56,856 nt of DNA from Gemmatimonadaceae bacterium. Lineage in GTDB: Bacteria > Gemmatimonadota > Gemmatimonadetes > Gemmatimonadales > Gemmatimonadaceae. The notes below the pieces were generated by a model. The model worked only from the letters and a program-made list of their open reading frames with translations. It did no database searches and had not been told where the DNA came from. This document shows positions 53,230-56,856 of the stretch, one piece after another. The stretch spans positions 1-56,856 of the forward strand of contig DASVNI010000338.1 of the NCBI GenBank assembly GCA_036383935.1. Direction: 5' to 3'. Position numbers and translations under genes: made by a program. The first letter of the stretch is position 1; every line of letters starts with the position of its first letter.

Positions 53230-53274
53230 CGCCGTACACCAGCCTCCTCTCCCTTCTCGGCCGCCTGGCCACCC

Positions 53275-54138
53275 ATGCTCCGAATCGCACTCCCCAACAA
53301 AGGACGTCTCGCGGACGAAGCTCGCGAACTGTTCACCGACGCCGGTCTCGAGATCCGCGCCGCGGGCCCGCGCGCCCTCACCGCCTCTCTGGGCGGTGAG
53401 TTCCAGGCGCTGTTCGTCCGGGCGCAGGACATCCCCGAATTCGTGGCCGATGGCGCCGCAGACGCCGGGGTGACCGGGGCCGATCTCGTGCGTGAGTCCG
53501 GACGTGCGCTCGAGGAGCTGACGGATCTCACCTTCGGGCGCTGCCGTCTCGCCGTCGCGGCCACCGAGGAAAGCGGGCTCTCGGCGCTCGACGATCTGCG
53601 CTCGGGCACACGGGTGGCGACGGTATTCCCCCGGGTCACGGCGGAATACTTTGCGTCGGTCGGACGACAGGTGGAGATCGTTCCGGTCTCCGGTGCCGCT
53701 GAGATCGCGCCGCACATCGGAATCGCCGACGTGATCGTGGACCTCGTCTCGACCGGGTCCACGTTGCGCGTGAATGGCCTGCGAGAGATCGCGACCGTGC
53801 TGGAATCGAGTGCGCGACTCATTGCCGCGCCGGACGCGCGAGCGGACGTCGCTCGCGGACGGGCGCTGGACGAGCTGGTGGCTGCGCTTCGCAGCGTCCT
53901 CGCTGCGCGCGACAAGCGCTACGTGATGGCAAACGTGCCGCGCGACCGGCTCGACGAAGTGAAGCGCGTCATCCCGGGCCTCAACGGCCCGACGATCATT
54001 GACATCATGAACGGCGGACGATTCGTCGCCGTGCATGCCGTGGTATCTGCCGCGACGATCTATAGAACGATCGCCGACCTGAAGGCCCTCGGGGCCGAGG
54101 GCATTCTGGTCACCCGTATCGAGAGGCTCATGTCGTGA
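53275..54138 (+). CDS. hisG: ATP phosphoribosyltransferase (long form)
   Basis: MLRIALPNKGRL... DLVSTGSTL, plus the C-terminal regulatory domain. 287 aa from ATG 53275. Confidence 0.92.
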   Translation: MLRIALPNKGRLADEARELFTDAGLEIRAAGPRALTASLGGEFQALFVRAQDIPEFVADGAADAGVTGADLVRESGRALEELTDLTFGRCRLAVAATEESGLSALDDLRSGTRVATVFPRVTAEYFASVGRQVEIVPVSGAAEIAPHIGIADVIVDLVSTGSTLRVNGLREIATVLESSARLIAAPDARADVARGRALDELVAALRSVLAARDKRYVMANVPRDRLDEVKRVIPGLNGPTIIDIMNGGRFVAVHAVVSAATIYRTIADLKALGAEGILVTRIERLMS

Positions 54139-55469
54139 GCGCGCAGCGAGCAGCGAGCGGCTCAATGGTGCGGTGGACGGGACGCTGCGACACCCTGACG
54201 GGTGCGGATCGGCGTGCGCTGTTCGATCGAACCGAGGGAATCGACGCGGTGATCGGCGAACGTACGTCGAGCATCATCGCGCGCGTACGCCGCGACGGCG
54301 ACGATGCCCTTCGCGCGCTCGCCGTGGAGCTGGATGGTGTCGAGCTGGATGCGCTGGAAGTTCCGAGAGCACGATGGCGGACGGCGCTCGACAGCCTCCC
54401 CCAGCCGTTGCGACAGGCGCTCGAGCGTTCGGCCGAGAACATCGAGCGGGTCCACCGCGCCTTTCGCCCGGTTGCGCAAGAGACGGAGAGTGAGGCCGGG
54501 GTGGTCGTCGGCCGGCGGCCCGATCCGCTCGGGCGCGTCGGCGTCTACGCGCCCGGGGGACGGGCCGCGTACCCGAGCAGTGTGCTGATGGGTATCGTAC
54601 CGGCGCGCGTGGCCGGCGTTGGTGAGATCGTGCTCTGCTCGCCGCCGTCGCGCGAGACGCGCCTGCCCTCGGATGTCGTCCTCGCCGCGGCCGCTCTCGC
54701 CGGAGCCGATCGCGTCTTCGCGCTGGGCGGCGCGGGCGCGGTCGCAGCGATGGCCTACGGCACGGCCACCGTGCCCCGCGTCGATCGCATCGTGGGGCCA
54801 GGCAATGCGTACGTCGCCGCGGCCAAGCTGCAGGTTTCCAGTGCCGTGGCGATCGATTCGCCTGCCGGTCCGAGCGAGCTCCTCGTCCTGTGCGACGAGA
54901 CTGCCGACGCCGTGCTGGTCGCCCGCGAGATGCTCGCCCAGGCCGAGCATGATCCGCTCGCCGCCGTGGTCGCTGTGACGACGCGCGCGCGCGCGGTCGA
55001 CGACATCCTGTCCGCGCTCGAGACGGGCCTCGCGACGCACCCGCGCGCGGACATCTGTCGCGCAGCGCTGGCAGGGCAGGGCGCCGTCCTCTCCGCCGGC
55101 TCGCTGGCAGACGCCATCGCGTTCGCGAACGAGTACGCGGCAGAGCACCTTCTATTGATCGTCGAGCCACTGGGCGACACACTGGCCGCGCTGCGAAACG
55201 CGGGGACCGTGTTCGTTGGGTCGACAGCCTCGGTCGCATTCGGCGACTACATGACGGGAGCCAACCACGTGCTTCCCACCGGCGGCCTCGCACGCTCGTA
55301 CTCGGGACTCTCGACACTCGACTTCGTGCGCTGGACGACGTACCAGCGCGTGAGCCGGGATGCCGCGGCGCGGCTGGCGGACGATGTCGGCACCTTCGCT
55401 GACGCCGAGGGGCTGCCCGGGCACGCGTTGACGGCGCGCGCGTGGCGCGAGGGAGCGCCGGTGTCATGA
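54135..55469 (+). CDS. hisD: Histidinol dehydrogenase
   Basis: GTGA overlap with the hisG stop. AGPSE, QAEHD, GDY..G.NHVLPT motifs. Confidence 0.92.
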   Translation: MSAQRAASGSMVRWTGRCDTLTGADRRALFDRTEGIDAVIGERTSSIIARVRRDGDDALRALAVELDGVELDALEVPRARWRTALDSLPQPLRQALERSAENIERVHRAFRPVAQETESEAGVVVGRRPDPLGRVGVYAPGGRAAYPSSVLMGIVPARVAGVGEIVLCSPPSRETRLPSDVVLAAAALAGADRVFALGGAGAVAAMAYGTATVPRVDRIVGPGNAYVAAAKLQVSSAVAIDSPAGPSELLVLCDETADAVLVAREMLAQAEHDPLAAVVAVTTRARAVDDILSALETGLATHPRADICRAALAGQGAVLSAGSLADAIAFANEYAAEHLLLIVEPLGDTLAALRNAGTVFVGSTASVAFGDYMTGANHVLPTGGLARSYSGLSTLDFVRWTTYQRVSRDAAARLADDVGTFADAEGLPGHALTARAWREGAPVS

Positions 55470-56569
55470 TCTCTACCGGCGAATTCACGACGCTGGCGCG
55501 CAGCGACGTGCGGGCGCTTCCCCTGTATGCCCCGGACGTCACGGCCTGCGCTGTGGACGTGAGCGACAACGTGAACCTTTGGGGCACCCCACCGGCCGCC
55601 CTTCGCGCACTGACGACGACAGCGATATCCGCGAGCCGGTATCCGTCGGTCTATGCGACGCCGCTCCGCGATGCCGTCCTCCGCTACCTCGATCTTCCCG
55701 CCGACGGCACCATCGACGTGGTGTCGGCGTGCGGCTCGGACGACGTCCTCGACGCGACCATGCGAGCGTTTGGTGAGCCCGGGGACGAGATCGTGTTCGC
55801 GGCGCCGACCTTCGCGATGATTCCGATCTTCGCGCGGTTGAACGGCCTCGTCCCGGTCGCCGTGCCGATGACGTCGGACTACGGCGTCGATCCCCAGGAA
55901 CTGGTCGATCGCCGTGCGAAGATCACGTACCTCTGCACACCGAACAATCCGACGTCGACCGCGCTGTCGCGCGAGACGGTGGAGTACGTCGTCCACAACG
56001 CCGCCGGCCTTGTCGTGATCGATGAGGCGTACGCCGAGTTCGCGCCAGAATCTTTCGTCGGACTCGTCACGACGTCCGAGCGACTCGTCGTGATCCGGAC
56101 GTTTTCCAAGGCGTTCGGGCTCGCCGGACTTCGCGTCGGCTACGGCATCGGCAACACTGGCGTCGTCGAGCCGATCGTACGCGCTCGCGGACCGTACAAG
56201 GTGAACGCGCTCGCCGAGGCCGCCGCCGTCGCCGCACTCGCCGAGGGAGCGGATGGGATCGGGTGGGTCTCCGCGCACGCCAGCCTGGCCGTCGAGAACC
56301 GAACACGATTGGCATCCGAGCTTCGTGCGCTCGGTTTCGTTCCCGCGCCGGCGGCGGGCAACTTCCTCTTCGTGCCCGTCGCTCAAGCGCAGGCGATTGC
56401 CGAGGGAATGAGTCGCCGCGGGGTGCTCGTGCGTGCACTCTCCGATCTGCCGCAGGACATTCCTGCGCTCGCCGTGGCTGGAGGTGAGGCCTTGCGTATC
56501 GGCGTCGGTCCCTGGGACACCATGGAACGCGTGCTGGAAGCCTTCGTGGAGGCACTCGCATGCGTGTGA
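55466..56569 (+). CDS. hisC: Histidinol-phosphate aminotransferase
   Basis: ATGA overlap with the hisD stop. NPNNPT-like CTPNNPTS, DEAYAEF, TFSKAFGLAGLRVGY (PLP Lys). Confidence 0.92.
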   Translation: MISTGEFTTLARSDVRALPLYAPDVTACAVDVSDNVNLWGTPPAALRALTTTAISASRYPSVYATPLRDAVLRYLDLPADGTIDVVSACGSDDVLDATMRAFGEPGDEIVFAAPTFAMIPIFARLNGLVPVAVPMTSDYGVDPQELVDRRAKITYLCTPNNPTSTALSRETVEYVVHNAAGLVVIDEAYAEFAPESFVGLVTTSERLVVIRTFSKAFGLAGLRVGYGIGNTGVVEPIVRARGPYKVNALAEAAAVAALAEGADGIGWVSAHASLAVENRTRLASELRALGFVPAPAAGNFLFVPVAQAQAIAEGMSRRGVLVRALSDLPQDIPALAVAGGEALRIGVGPWDTMERVLEAFVEALACV

Positions 56570-56856
56570 CGATCTTCGATTATGGCGCGGGCAATCTGCA
56601 CTCGCTGGCGAAGGCCATCGAAGCAGGAGGAGTGGAAGTGCGGATCGAAGAGGACCCGACGCTCGCGACCGATGCCGACGCCCTCGTGCTGCCTGGCGTC
56701 GGCGCGTTCGGGGCGGCGGCCGGTCGGCTGGCACCAGGACGCGAGGCGATGCGCGAGGCGATTCTCGGCGGACTGCCGACACTCGGTATCTGCCTGGGGA
56801 TGCAGCTGCTCTTCGAGGGAAGCGATGAAGGGGAGGGAGCGGGACTCGGCGTGATC
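56560..56856 (+). CDS. hisH: Imidazole glycerol phosphate synthase, glutamine amidotransferase subunit (5' partial, runs off the window)
   Basis: Translated by hand from ATG 56560: MRVTIFDYGAGNLHSLAKAIE...LPGVGAFG...GICLGMQLLFE (catalytic Cys). It overlaps the hisC stop and is absent from the ORF track because no stop falls within the window. Confidence 0.88.
   Translation, partial: MRVTIFDYGAGNLHSLAKAIEAGGVEVRIEEDPTLATDADALVLPGVGAFGAAAGRLAPGREAMREAILGGLPTLGICLGMQLLFEGSDEGEGAGLGVI

Noticed and set aside
53095-53274. The 60-codon N-terminal extension of hisG in the ORF track.
   Set aside because: It runs through the leader peptide (in a different frame) and the T8 terminator. HisG homology starts at MLRIALPNKG (ATG 53275).
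1-56856. Search for CRISPR arrays, tRNA/rRNA genes, IS elements, integrases, prophage or defence-island signatures.
   Set aside because: I saw no repeat-spacer periodicity, cloverleaf-like intergenic segments, transposase or integrase motifs, or terminal inverted repeats. Apart from the small AT-rich spots noted, composition looks uniform and the gene content is core metabolism.

Overview
Very GC-rich bacterial chromosomal window. It is densely packed, with about 60 credible CDSs on both strands. The many long antisense ORFs in the track are GC-driven shadow frames. I saw no rRNA, tRNA, CRISPR array, transposase or integrase.

Content is mostly housekeeping:
- An arginine regulon: argC-argB-argD-GNAT on the minus strand, divergent from argR-argG-argH, with ATGCAT-type ARG-box palindromes.
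- The start of a histidine operon: hisG-hisD-hisC-hisH.
- ispG, hrpB, a yggX-GH3 pair, a cardiolipin synthase, several peptidases (S41, M1, M28), two cold-shock genes, a split LigD ligase/polymerase pair, a MoeB-rhodanese fusion and a Crp/Fnr regulator.
- Two Lys/Ala-rich histone-H1-like proteins.

Items I consider most worth follow-up:
1. A thioredoxin-fold/NHL gene (11425..12870) has an in-frame TGA at the first Cys position of its CxxC motif. This makes it a candidate selenoprotein, and the ORF track splits it in two.
2. A classical His-rich leader peptide with terminator and antiterminator lies in front of hisG.
3. A DnaA-like protein lacks domains I and II. It sits 13 nt head-to-head with the candidate selenoprotein gene and about 2.8 kb from a plasmid-type RepA-like initiator.
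4. An acidic-plus-basic H1-like gene is interrupted by one in-frame TAG, downstream of a perfect Shine-Dalgarno.
5. A Nudix-related (NrtR-like) regulator shares a 23-nt AT-rich operator-like motif with the next gene, beside a Ku-less NHEJ pair.
6. A perfect TGTGA-N6-TCACA box lies upstream of a blue-copper protein gene.
7. A 31% G+C island carries a perfect 14-bp inverted repeat bracketing a promoter.

I did not recognise a multi-gene defence or other novel system. All functional calls rest on motif recognition by eye and need database confirmation.
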